IMG/VR virus record: IMGVR_UViG_3300030406_003636
Location: 1 to 63,208 of that record
Strand: one strand, 5' to 3'
DNA from: a virus
Taxonomy: Duplodnaviria > Caudoviricetes
DNA length: 63,208 nt
Under the pieces are notes generated by a model, which was not told the origin of the DNA, did not search any database, and worked only from the letters and a program-made list of their open reading frames with translations. Both the position numbers and the translations under genes were made by a program. Shown one piece after another: positions 54,864-61,790 of this stretch. Position 1 is the first letter of the stretch. Each line of letters begins with the position of its first letter.

Positions 54864-55470
54864 TACTATTTAATAAACGTTTCTCAACCCTCAGTTCCTC
54901 ACACATGTTTCTATGTATAGTACGAGTCGTACAACTAAGGAAATTAGCTAAGTTGTTAATTGTTATTTTATCACCAATGCTATTTATTGTAAGCATTGCA
55001 TCATAAATATTATCTTTGCTAGCTTTTTTACCTTTACCAATTAAGCTACCTACAATTTTAAGTTTTTTAGATATATCAAGACCAGTACCTGGTTTAAATA
55101 TAACTTTTCTTATTTTATTTTTAGGTGCTTCATCAGTTTTATTATCAATAACATCATTAACTATTTTAGTTAACAATGCGTTTGATATTGTAAAGGTAAT
55201 AAATCCATTTGACTTATCACAAATAAATTGCGATAAATTTCTAAATTTTTTCTCAGTTATTTTTTCGTTTAAATAATAAAGAACAAGCAAATGCCACTTT
55301 AGAGATTTATATGTCGTAATTTTAGCCTTACTTCTAAACAACTCATAACACTCGTAAGTACCGTTTTCATAATAACTACCCCACCAATATTTTTTAGTAG
55401 GTTGTTCGGTTGGATAACCTTTATATATTATCCTATTACGATGTAAATACTCTAAATTTCTGTGTGACAT
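54850..55470 (-). CDS. DNA-binding protein with C-terminal HTH (possible Rep/PriCT-like)
   Basis: KITINNLANFLSCTTRTIHRNM HTH; start codon inside a palindrome. Confidence 0.55.
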   Translation of the reverse strand: MSHRNLEYLHRNRIIYKGYPTEQPTKKYWWGSYYENGTYECYELFRSKAKITTYKSLKWHLLVLYYLNEKITEKKFRNLSQFICDKSNGFITFTISNALLTKIVNDVIDNKTDEAPKNKIRKVIFKPGTGLDISKKLKIVGSLIGKGKKASKDNIYDAMLTINSIGDKITINNLANFLSCTTRTIHRNMCEELRVEKRLLNSNEKV

Positions 55471-55508
55471 TAGCCTGTTACTATATTATCTTATAAGGCT
55501 TATGTCAC
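55464..55508. promoter_or_regulatory. Palindromic site GTGACATTAGCC-N21-GGCTTATGTCAC
   Basis: 12-bp arms, 21-bp spacer; inverted sister copy at 61686-61730. Confidence 0.75.
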
Positions 55509-55509
55509 C

Positions 55510-55911
55510 CTATCTAAAAGATTTTTGATGGGTAAGTATTACCTTTTCCCATTTACCACCTTTTATTGATTCAGGTACAAGTATATCTATACGTTTCCTG
55601 AACCTAGGGTTCATACGATCTCTAACAAACCATATGCCATCAAGCATACCTGTACCACTAATGTGTACCATATCACCCATCTTGAATTTATATTCGTTTT
55701 CAAGATCCCAACTTACGGCTATTATCCTATCAGATAATGGGTCTTTCATATTAATTTTATAGCCAGACGCCGTTATATCAGGTGTGCTATCGGTTTGCGC
55801 TTCTACCGCGTGATATATCGTAGCGGTAACATAAAGCCTTTGCTTTTCATTATTTAATAAGCTACTGTCACATGACAATAGCCCTGTAAATATAACTAAT
55901 AGTTTTAACAT
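55510..55911 (-). CDS. 3D-domain (cell-wall lytic) lipoprotein
   Basis: LLSC lipobox; TAT.Y...QTDSTPDITASG...IIAVS.D...V.D.MN.R....IDIL. Confidence 0.8.
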   Translation of the reverse strand: MLKLLVIFTGLLSCDSSLLNNEKQRLYVTATIYHAVEAQTDSTPDITASGYKINMKDPLSDRIIAVSWDLENEYKFKMGDMVHISGTGMLDGIWFVRDRMNPRFRKRIDILVPESIKGGKWEKVILTHQKSFR

Positions 55912-55936
55912 AAATATAGTTTTAGTTAAAAAATAA

Positions 55937-56239
55937 TTAATCCCAAAACATTTTTTTACCAACGTTTTTCTTACCACCTTTAATTTTATTTAAATAATAT
56001 TTATTTTCAGGTGCGTGTGGATTAAATTTCTTGTGAATATTTTCATTTGCATAACTACCAAAATCAGAGTCTTGCTGCAATGATTTATAGTATGCTTGTA
56101 GCTCAGGGTCATTATCTAATATTTCTTGTTGTTTTTTAGATGCTGACATTATCATGGCTACAAAACCAATTATATACAGCATGAATATAATAAAACCTAT
56201 TATAAACATGCTAAATGGTACTGGCATGTCTGGTGTCAT
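55937..56239 (-). CDS. Membrane protein
   Basis: N-terminal TM helix. Confidence 0.6.
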   Translation of the reverse strand: MTPDMPVPFSMFIIGFIIFMLYIIGFVAMIMSASKKQQEILDNDPELQAYYKSLQQDSDFGSYANENIHKKFNPHAPENKYYLNKIKGGKKNVGKKMFWD

Positions 56240-56436
56240 CTTGTAAATTGTTTAAACCAGTCATTTCTTCTTTGTCTTATACATATTGCAAAACATAGTA
56301 TAGACGGCACCCATATACCAACAAATATACCTTCAAGCTGTTGGCCGCTAAACCAGAGACCAACAGAGTATAAAAATGATATAAATGATAGTATTACAGG
56401 GTAATATACTTTTAATATTATCTTTATTTTATTCAT
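56236..56436 (-). CDS. Small 2-TM membrane protein
   Basis: S..LWF.G....GIFVGIWVPSIL; start ATG 56436. Confidence 0.65.
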   Translation of the reverse strand: MNKIKIILKVYYPVILSFISFLYSVGLWFSGQQLEGIFVGIWVPSILCFAICIRQRRNDWFKQFTR

Positions 56437-57295
56437 AATTACGTATAGTTTTAAATAGTGGATGCCTGTAGCTTCCAGCTTTTGTTCTTTCAAAGTATGT
56501 AAAGGTAGCAATTTTACCGACATATCTTTGCATTTTCTTAAAATTCTTTTGTAGATATTCAAAATTATCCATTACTGGCATGCCAAACTTAACACCATCG
56601 CTGTCAATAGCAATGAATTTACCAATAGTACCGCGCCTTTTGCCTTTGCCTTCAACCCAGTCAACAATTTTAGCTTCGGTATCGCTGAAGTCTTTGAACT
56701 TCATTAGATCGTATGATCTACCGCATTTGTACGGGCCATCAAGCCTTAGTATAGAGCCTTCGTAGCCTTTTTCTAAGAAGTCATTGTGTATTTCTTTAGC
56801 TTTATCAAGACTATGCACGCCTCTTGACGGTACATATCTGATGTGTTTACCATACATATCGCTGCATACTAGTTGATGCATACGTTTTTCATACCTGTTC
56901 ATATCAGACTCTATTAAATCTAGCTTACCTTTGTATGCCATAACAAAATCATACACATGGTATTGTATGAGCTTACGTGCCTCTTTCCTGTCCTCTGGCT
57001 TTGGTTTTTGTTTTCTGACAAGAGATACGATCTTTTCGAAATTATCTCTTAGATCGTGATTATATAACTCGCCATCAATCACAAGCAATGGGTTTGCTTT
57101 GAATAAATCTTGTATAGCTTTTGTATATAAGTGTTGTACATTCATGAATTTTTTACCGTTACGGGAGTAACAGCCATCAGCAGTCATGATACACCTGATG
57201 CCATCTAGTTTAGGTTGTATAAATACTGGTTTGGACCAGTCAACTCGCTTATTATCGAACTTATGTGCGAGCATAGGTTTAAAGTGTGTCTTCAT
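56429..57295 (-). CDS. ATP-dependent DNA ligase
   Basis: PMLA, QPKLDGIR, DGELY, YD, EGSILR, LMKFK. Confidence 0.92.
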   Translation of the reverse strand: MKTHFKPMLAHKFDNKRVDWSKPVFIQPKLDGIRCIMTADGCYSRNGKKFMNVQHLYTKAIQDLFKANPLLVIDGELYNHDLRDNFEKIVSLVRKQKPKPEDRKEARKLIQYHVYDFVMAYKGKLDLIESDMNRYEKRMHQLVCSDMYGKHIRYVPSRGVHSLDKAKEIHNDFLEKGYEGSILRLDGPYKCGRSYDLMKFKDFSDTEAKIVDWVEGKGKRRGTIGKFIAIDSDGVKFGMPVMDNFEYLQKNFKKMQRYVGKIATFTYFERTKAGSYRHPLFKTIRNYE

Positions 57296-57476
57296 ATTTT
57301 TTAAGTTGTTTTTCTAGTTTTGATATTTTTCTTCTTACAGTTGCTCTTTGCATTAGAGCAGTTTGTGCTTTTTCGTATTCTTCTTCATCAACAAAGCTTT
57401 GTTCTAGCTTTATTAACGTATCCCAGTGCCAGTGTAAATCAGCTATTTCTGATCGTAACTCAAATGTTTTTTGCAA
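57279..57476 (-). CDS. Small coiled-coil protein
   Basis: EEEYEKA motif; start uncertain (TTG 57476; the TTG at 57497 lies inside the promoter motif). Confidence 0.55.
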   Translation of the reverse strand: MQKTFELRSEIADLHWHWDTLIKLEQSFVDEEEYEKAQTALMQRATVRRKISKLEKQLKKYEDTL

Positions 57477-57487
57477 TTTTTTTATTT

Positions 57488-57518
57488 TATTATCCAATGG
57501 TGTTCGTATTTAATTTGT
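57488..57518 (-). promoter_or_regulatory. Early promoter motif copy
   Basis: ACAA-ATTAAA-TACG-AACACCATT-GGATAATA. Confidence 0.75.
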
Positions 57519-58015
57519 TAATCATATCCTGTTGGATGTAGTAAATCTTTTGCTACATACTGTTTTTCTTGTTGTGATCTAGTTTGCGTAACCCAGTCAG
57601 TGTAGTCATACTTCTGATTACTATACTTCGCAAGTATTTTATCAGGTGTAAGTACAAATACATTTGCTGTCCTGTATTGATCATAGCAGCTTACCCACAT
57701 ATCTTTGTTATCACCTGTCCATATTACATATGTATAGTTATGATCTATAACTTCTGGACCTTCATATAAGTAGCAACTGTCATAGTACATATCATGTACA
57801 AGTTTAGCTGCAAGCTTAGTGCCATCGTTAATTGTTTGGTTAGCTAATAACCAGTTAGCTATTTGTACGCCTTGCCACTCAGGATAACCATCGTGATGCA
57901 AGTACATATTAACATAGCTATGTTCTTCTAGCAACTCAGGGTTTTGTGCAAAACCTAGTTCGTGGTTGCTTGCGTAATCTCTATCGATTACCATTGTCAT
58001 GTTTCTAGTGCTCAT
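57518..58015 (-). CDS. Conserved phage hypothetical protein
   Basis: MSTR...Y.HHDGYP...G, D..Y.Y motif. Confidence 0.7.
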   Translation of the reverse strand: MSTRNMTMVIDRDYASNHELGFAQNPELLEEHSYVNMYLHHDGYPEWQGVQIANWLLANQTINDGTKLAAKLVHDMYYDSCYLYEGPEVIDHNYTYVIWTGDNKDMWVSCYDQYRTANVFVLTPDKILAKYSNQKYDYTDWVTQTRSQQEKQYVAKDLLHPTGYD

Positions 58016-58301
58016 CTAATAATTGTTTAAATTTGTGTTTAGTTATAATATCGCCGCAGTATTTATATATTGTTTCTTTATCTTGTGTAACACAAAGCTC
58101 TTTTGACTTTGTTTTAGCACCAAGGTCAACGCATATATCTTTACTGCAGTCATGATAAACTTTCCATATAGCTTCTAATGTTCTACGTGGATCGTCAGTT
58201 TCGCCTACGACATGCTCGTCGTCACAGGTAAACCAATATCTATATTTTTTCTTTTTATATTGTGATTTTTTAATTAAGTTACCTCTAGCGTCTATTTTCA
58301 T
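58005..58301 (-). CDS. Hypothetical protein
   Basis: Coupled ORF. Confidence 0.55.
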   Translation of the reverse strand: MKIDARGNLIKKSQYKKKKYRYWFTCDDEHVVGETDDPRRTLEAIWKVYHDCSKDICVDLGAKTKSKELCVTQDKETIYKYCGDIITKHKFKQLLDEH

Positions 58302-58456
58302 TTTAAGCCGCTTTTCATATCTTTAATCATTTCATGGATGTCACTGTGGTAGTCACTCCATTTATCTCTGTGTTCTTCGTAAAAAGACTGTTCACATCTT
58401 CTTTGCATGTCATCTTTTATTATTTCTAATAAACTTTGTAAGTGATCTGTTCTCAT
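58298..58456 (-). CDS. Hypothetical protein (52 aa)
   Basis: Hand-translated MRTDHLQSLLEIIKDDMQRRCEQSFY...; ATGA overlaps at both ends. Confidence 0.55.
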   Translation of the reverse strand: MRTDHLQSLLEIIKDDMQRRCEQSFYEEHRDKWSDYHSDIHEMIKDMKSGLK

Positions 58457-58761
58457 CTTTCATCTTTAAATAATGCTAAACCAAGCTTAGCATAGTTAAT
58501 AATATCAGCAAATCTACTATCAATAGACTCTGCTTTTACTATATTATCATGGTTAACATGCGAAAATATACTATTTACCTGCTTGTCAAAGTATGTAGCC
58601 CATACCTTTAACGCACTGGTATTCAATCGCTTAGCTGTACTTTTAAAATTATTTAGTACATCATCATGCATTACTGTGTACTCAGGGCCTTTATCTCTCA
58701 TTATATGATCAGCCATGAGATCAATTTGTTGTCTTAATTTATTAAATTCTTTTTGTGTCAT
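58453..58761 (-). CDS. DUF1599/Nmad1-like nucleotide-modification-associated protein
   Basis: KG.EY...D.L.NF...ES..SRF.DIINY. Confidence 0.6.
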   Translation of the reverse strand: MTQKEFNKLRQQIDLMADHIMRDKGPEYTVMHDDVLNNFKSTAKRLNTSALKVWATYFDKQVNSIFSHVNHDNIVKAESIDSRFADIINYAKLGLALFKDER

Positions 58762-58762
58762 A

Positions 58763-58903
58763 TTATTTACCGTTAGACATTTCGTTATATAATTCTATTA
58801 ATCTGTCTGTTTTCGCTTCTGCTATTAATCGTTCTACTTCTTCTTCGCCATAGTGCGCGCAAAGTGCTTCGATCATAGCCTGCTCGTGTAGTAATCCTTC
58901 CAT
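58763..58903 (-). CDS. Hypothetical protein (46 aa)
   Basis: MEGLLHEQAMIEALCAHYGEEEVERLIAE... Confidence 0.5.
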   Translation of the reverse strand: MEGLLHEQAMIEALCAHYGEEEVERLIAEAKTDRLIELYNEMSNGK

Positions 58904-58906
58904 ACA

Positions 58907-59134
58907 TTACATTTTACTGTTAAACATAGTGTCAGGCCAAAGTATATCGCCATCAGTAACTGTAGTTACATCGCCAAATGCTCTGATCTGTTTAATTTCA
59001 CCGATTGTGAGTTCGTTGTAATACTGCTTTGATTTAAGTGTTTTAATAATACCTGTTATACTTACGGCATAATCATTGCTGTTTCTATGCAGTCTTGTTT
59101 TAATTTCTGGTTTTAGTTTTTGGTATAAATTCAT
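58907..59134 (-). CDS. Hypothetical protein
   Basis: ATG 5 nt downstream of promoter motif. Confidence 0.6.
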   Translation of the reverse strand: MNLYQKLKPEIKTRLHRNSNDYAVSITGIIKTLKSKQYYNELTIGEIKQIRAFGDVTTVTDGDILWPDTMFNSKM

Positions 59135-59139
59135 AATTA

Positions 59140-59170
59140 TATTATCCGTAGTTAATCGTATTTACTTTGT
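59140..59170 (-). promoter_or_regulatory. Early promoter motif copy
   Basis: ACAA-AGTAAA-TACG-ATTAACTAC-GGATAATA. Confidence 0.75.
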
Positions 59171-59355
59171 ATAATTTTTAATTCTTCTTCAATATCCTCT
59201 CTGTAATGAAGTATATCGTCACAGTAGGCTAACATATCTATCAGACCATTTCTTTCATACTCTGTTAGATCTTTATAATCGCCGTCCATAATGGCGTCCA
59301 AGCAGTCGCTCATAGCTTTACTTGTATTTTCAAATCTGCAATAACTCATATTCAT
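59152..59355 (-). CDS. Hypothetical protein (NMSYCRFENT type)
   Basis: MNMSYCRFENT...DC; start ATG 59355. Confidence 0.65.
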   Translation of the reverse strand: MNMSYCRFENTSKAMSDCLDAIMDGDYKDLTEYERNGLIDMLAYCDDILHYREDIEEELKIIQSKYD

Positions 59356-59371
59356 ATCTGGCGGCCAACCT

Positions 59372-59633
59372 GTGAGCAATGTCATAAGCTTCTCACGATG
59401 GACCGAGTTACGTATTGTTCACTTTGGGCTCACCCCTGGACGAAGTTACATCGCCTCCCCAATACTGCGGTGCTTCCATCAGCCTGTAGTGGTCAGTGAA
59501 GGAATCGAACCTTCATTGTTTTCAACACGAGATCTACCGTGTTTCCTGTATTGTGCTACGTTCCGAAGAACCGAACCACCCATACCTGACCTGCGGTGTT
59601 ACTCATAGGTGATCAAACCTAACTAGTTACCGC
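59372..59633 (-). ncRNA. Candidate structured ncRNA containing a tRNA-like domain (59490-59591)
   Basis: Acceptor-like GGTCAG/CTGACC-A, T-arm GAAGG-TTCGATT-CCTTC, cUUCGg hairpin, flanking stems; GC-rich intergenic region. Confidence 0.6.
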
Positions 59634-59671
59634 TGCGTTATCAGTGAATCTCCTAGGATAAATAATAACGC

Positions 59672-59887
59672 TTATATATTTTTTAGCATCGTGCCATAAC
59701 CTCGGCGTTCTGTTAACTTACGAATGCGTTTCGCTTGTTCCTTCGGCATAATTTGAATGGTGTTGCCGGTTTTGTGGTAGGTTAAACTAATACAACCATA
59801 AGGTTGGGTGGTTGAACAAGCTACACACGTCTTATAACCTAAGTTAACACGCGCTTGAGGTATATTTCTTCCGCATTTACATATCAT
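59672..59887 (-). CDS. DksA/TraR-type C4 zinc-finger protein
   Basis: MICKCGRNIPQAR...GYKTCVACS. Confidence 0.65.
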   Translation of the reverse strand: MICKCGRNIPQARVNLGYKTCVACSTTQPYGCISLTYHKTGNTIQIMPKEQAKRIRKLTERRGYGTMLKNI

Positions 59888-59892
59888 ACATT

Positions 59893-59923
59893 TATTATCC
59901 AATAGTGATCGTATTTAGTTTGC
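59893..59923 (-). promoter_or_regulatory. Early promoter motif copy
   Basis: GCAA-ACTAAA-TACG-ATCACTATT-GGATAATA. Confidence 0.75.
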
Positions 59924-60130
59924 AATTTTATTAGTTAGTGTTGCTACACCCATTTTAATTGCCACTCTTTTAGCTACAGCTTTCATTAATGTATGTTGTA
60001 CTTTATTTGGTTGATTAAGTTTGTAACCGTCTAGTGACCAGTGACATACTCTTTCAATGTCTTTGATAATTTCTTTAGCATTTTCTTCTGCTAAATGCTC
60101 AAATTCTTCAATACTTAGTTTACTTAGCAT
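59915..60130 (-). CDS. Hypothetical protein
   Basis: Coupled ORF. Confidence 0.55.
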   Translation of the reverse strand: MLSKLSIEEFEHLAEENAKEIIKDIERVCHWSLDGYKLNQPNKVQHTLMKAVAKRVAIKMGVATLTNKIAN

Positions 60131-60563
60131 AATTTTTTAAGTAATAGTTTAACATATAGTTTAGACTTACCATCATATTTAGATGTTTTTCGTACGCCAT
60201 TTGCATATACTGTCTGGTTTCCATCCAGCTTTTCTTGCCATCGCTGCGCATTACAGTATATTTATGCAGCCTACTATATCTTCTATTTACAGGGTAAGGA
60301 CAGTACGCGCCGTTAAGTTTTCTTACCATACCTGACTTATAAACCGCCATACGTAGTTTAGTTTTAGGTAATCTGTGCGCACCATTGTACGCTATCATTT
60401 GTTTACTGAAGCAACTAACAGGAAACTCGAAAGCTCGAGTGCCATTTAGTGCTTGTCTTCGCGTAGTTACTTCACGTATATCATAACGTAGTAACATATT
60501 TCTAGCAAAAGCATCTTGTAGTGCTCGCTGTTCTTTGTAGTAATTATTTATTGTTCCAGCCAT
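60120..60563 (-). CDS. Basic hypothetical protein
   Basis: EVTT.RQ..NGTR.F, YKSG.VR. Confidence 0.6.
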   Translation of the reverse strand: MAGTINNYYKEQRALQDAFARNMLLRYDIREVTTRRQALNGTRAFEFPVSCFSKQMIAYNGAHRLPKTKLRMAVYKSGMVRKLNGAYCPYPVNRRYSRLHKYTVMRSDGKKSWMETRQYMQMAYEKHLNMMVSLNYMLNYYLKNYAK

Positions 60564-60711
60564 TTCTGTATTTAATTTTAAAGTAATCTTTTATTTCATT
60601 GCCGTTTTCGTCATATACAGCGACAGCGTCGCCAAATAACTCGTACATATCTTTTTCTGTTGTACCTTTGCCACACTTTATGGTTGAGTACGCGTTATAT
60701 TTTATATTCAT
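60544..60711 (-). CDS. Hypothetical protein (55 aa)
   Basis: MNIKYNAYSTIKCGKGTTEKDMYELFGDAV...; ATG 5 nt after promoter motif. Confidence 0.55.
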   Translation of the reverse strand: MNIKYNAYSTIKCGKGTTEKDMYELFGDAVAVYDENGNEIKDYFKIKYRNGWNNK

Positions 60712-60716
60712 AATAG

Positions 60717-60747
60717 TATTATCCGTTAGTGTTCGTATTAATATTGT
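60717..60747 (-). promoter_or_regulatory. Early promoter motif copy
   Basis: ACAA-TATTAA-TACG-AACACTAAC-GGATAATA. Confidence 0.75.
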
Positions 60748-60829
60748 ATTCTACATATTCTTGGTAATCTTCTATTGTTACCCACTTGTCTATTTCATCA
60801 AGGTAAATCATGCCATCAATTACTTTCAT
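60719..60829 (-). CDS. Acidic micro-protein (36 aa)
   Basis: MKVIDGMIYLDEIDKWVTIEDYQEYVEYNINTNTNG; ATGA-coupled. Confidence 0.5.
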   Translation of the reverse strand: MKVIDGMIYLDEIDKWVTIEDYQEYVEYNINTNTNG

Positions 60830-60963
60830 AAGTAGACACCAAAATCAGTTAAACCTCTTGTTAAGGCGAAATATAATCCACCAATTACACCGTACATAGC
60901 GGTGCCACCTAGTATTATTTTTACAGTAATGTCAATCACTGTATGTGTAAATTTTCTATTCAT
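60826..60963 (-). CDS. Membrane micro-protein (45 aa)
   Basis: MNRKFTHTVIDITVKIILGGTAMYGVIGGLYFALTRGLTDFGVYL. Confidence 0.55.
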   Translation of the reverse strand: MNRKFTHTVIDITVKIILGGTAMYGVIGGLYFALTRGLTDFGVYL

Positions 60964-61049
60964 ATTATTAAAAGTGAAAAATAAGTTAGTAATGTTAGTG
61001 CTAGTAAGAATAATATATTCTCAATTAGCTCGCGTATATTTATATTCAT
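60960..61049 (-). CDS. Membrane micro-protein (29 aa)
   Basis: MNINIRELIENILFLLALTLLTYFSLLII; ATGA-coupled. Confidence 0.45.
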   Translation of the reverse strand: MNINIRELIENILFLLALTLLTYFSLLII

Positions 61050-61052
61050 AGT

Positions 61053-61095
61053 TCTCTTGTGGGTAATCGAAACCCACCTCTGCTCCAAGAAGAGA
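61053..61095 (-). ncRNA. tRNA minihelix-like element
   Basis: TCTCTT-N12-GTGGGT-TTCGATT-ACCCAC-AAGAGA. Confidence 0.45.
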
Positions 61096-61110
61096 TGGTA
61101 ATCACTACTG

Positions 61111-61338
61111 TTATTGTAGTGACTTACCTCTTAATACTACTGGTATATTATTAGTAGCAGTGTACGACTTATACTTTAACCAACATGGTAATTTAGTTAA
61201 GTTGTCTTTCATTATTGAGAAAACTTTATCGTGGTTGTACGTAATTTCGTGACCATCTTTGTTAGTAAAAGTTATATTAGTGTTTGTATTAAGTAAACTT
61301 TTTCTTATTACAAATCTTTTAGAAGTTATAGTATTCAT
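61111..61338 (-). CDS. Hypothetical protein (first early gene)
   Basis: KRFVIRKSL...YNHD...W.KYKSYT. Confidence 0.65.
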   Translation of the reverse strand: MNTITSKRFVIRKSLLNTNTNITFTNKDGHEITYNHDKVFSIMKDNLTKLPCWLKYKSYTATNNIPVVLRGKSLQ

Positions 61339-61372
61339 AGTTGTATTATGTTTAAGTGTTATAGTATATTTA

Positions 61373-61403
61373 TATTATCCAAATAGTTTCGTAATTAGTT
61401 TGT
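61373..61403 (-). promoter_or_regulatory. Early promoter motif copy
   Basis: ACAA-ACTAAT-TACG-AAACTATTT-GGATAATA. Confidence 0.75.
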
Positions 61404-61521
61404 AAAAGTAGTGAGTTTGTTTACTAGTAAAAAATAGTTTAGTAGTATTGCCGCCACACTCTTCTTTTCTCATACTAATTCTAAAAAGTTGAAACATTTT
61501 TCTAAATTTTATTTTCATATA

Positions 61522-61552
61522 TAGTATCCATAGTGAAGCGTAGTGAGTTTGT
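61522..61552 (-). promoter_or_regulatory. Early promoter motif copy
   Basis: ACAA-ACTCAC-TACG-CTTCACTAT-GGATACTA. Confidence 0.7.
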
Positions 61553-61685
61553 AAAAATGTAAAAATGTCAAAATGTATGACAAAATGACATGGGGGCTAG
61601 TAAAATAGTATTGAGTTTAGTATTACAAAGTGTATACGTATATATAGTGGCAACACTACACTTCATTATATCTCAACATAAAATA

Positions 61686-61730
61686 GTGACAATAGCCTAT
61701 ATAATCCTAATAGTAAGGGGCTAATGTCAC
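61686..61730. promoter_or_regulatory. Palindromic site GTGACAATAGCC-N21-GGCTAATGTCAC
   Basis: Same arms and spacer length as 55464-55508, opposite orientation. Confidence 0.75.
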
Positions 61731-61752
61731 ACTGTAAATTTCTTCTATAATA

Positions 61753-61762
61753 TGTAATTATA
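61753..61762 (+). promoter_or_regulatory. Putative late promoter
   Basis: TGTAATTATA upstream of the first + arm gene. Confidence 0.45.
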
Positions 61763-61790
61763 AAAACATAGTCGACTTAAAACAATTAAC

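Noticed and set aside
59397-59489. Theta/HDV-like or hammerhead ribozyme downstream of the tRNA-like element
   Set aside because: I could not build the nested pseudoknot or a CUGAnGA/GAAA core by eye
59490-59591. Canonical tRNA or tmRNA gene
   Set aside because: No proper D arm or 7-nt anticodon loop, 7th acceptor pair mismatched, no tmRNA G-U acceptor or tag ORF; kept as a tRNA-like ncRNA
135-60835. Numerous antisense or nested ORFs in the track (e.g. 589-807, 16156-16758, 20543-21001, 26073-26600, 52144-52464, 59372-59608)
   Set aside because: They are shadows of strong genes or of the ncRNA, with no motifs, and break the two-arm strand organisation
61375-61518. 47-aa ORF after the first early promoter motif
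   Set aside because: It runs through repeats and the next promoter motif; no supporting features
57488-61552. CRISPR array or host-type promoters
   Set aside because: Copies are degenerate, irregularly spaced and gene-associated; no TAnnTTTG match in the sense orientation
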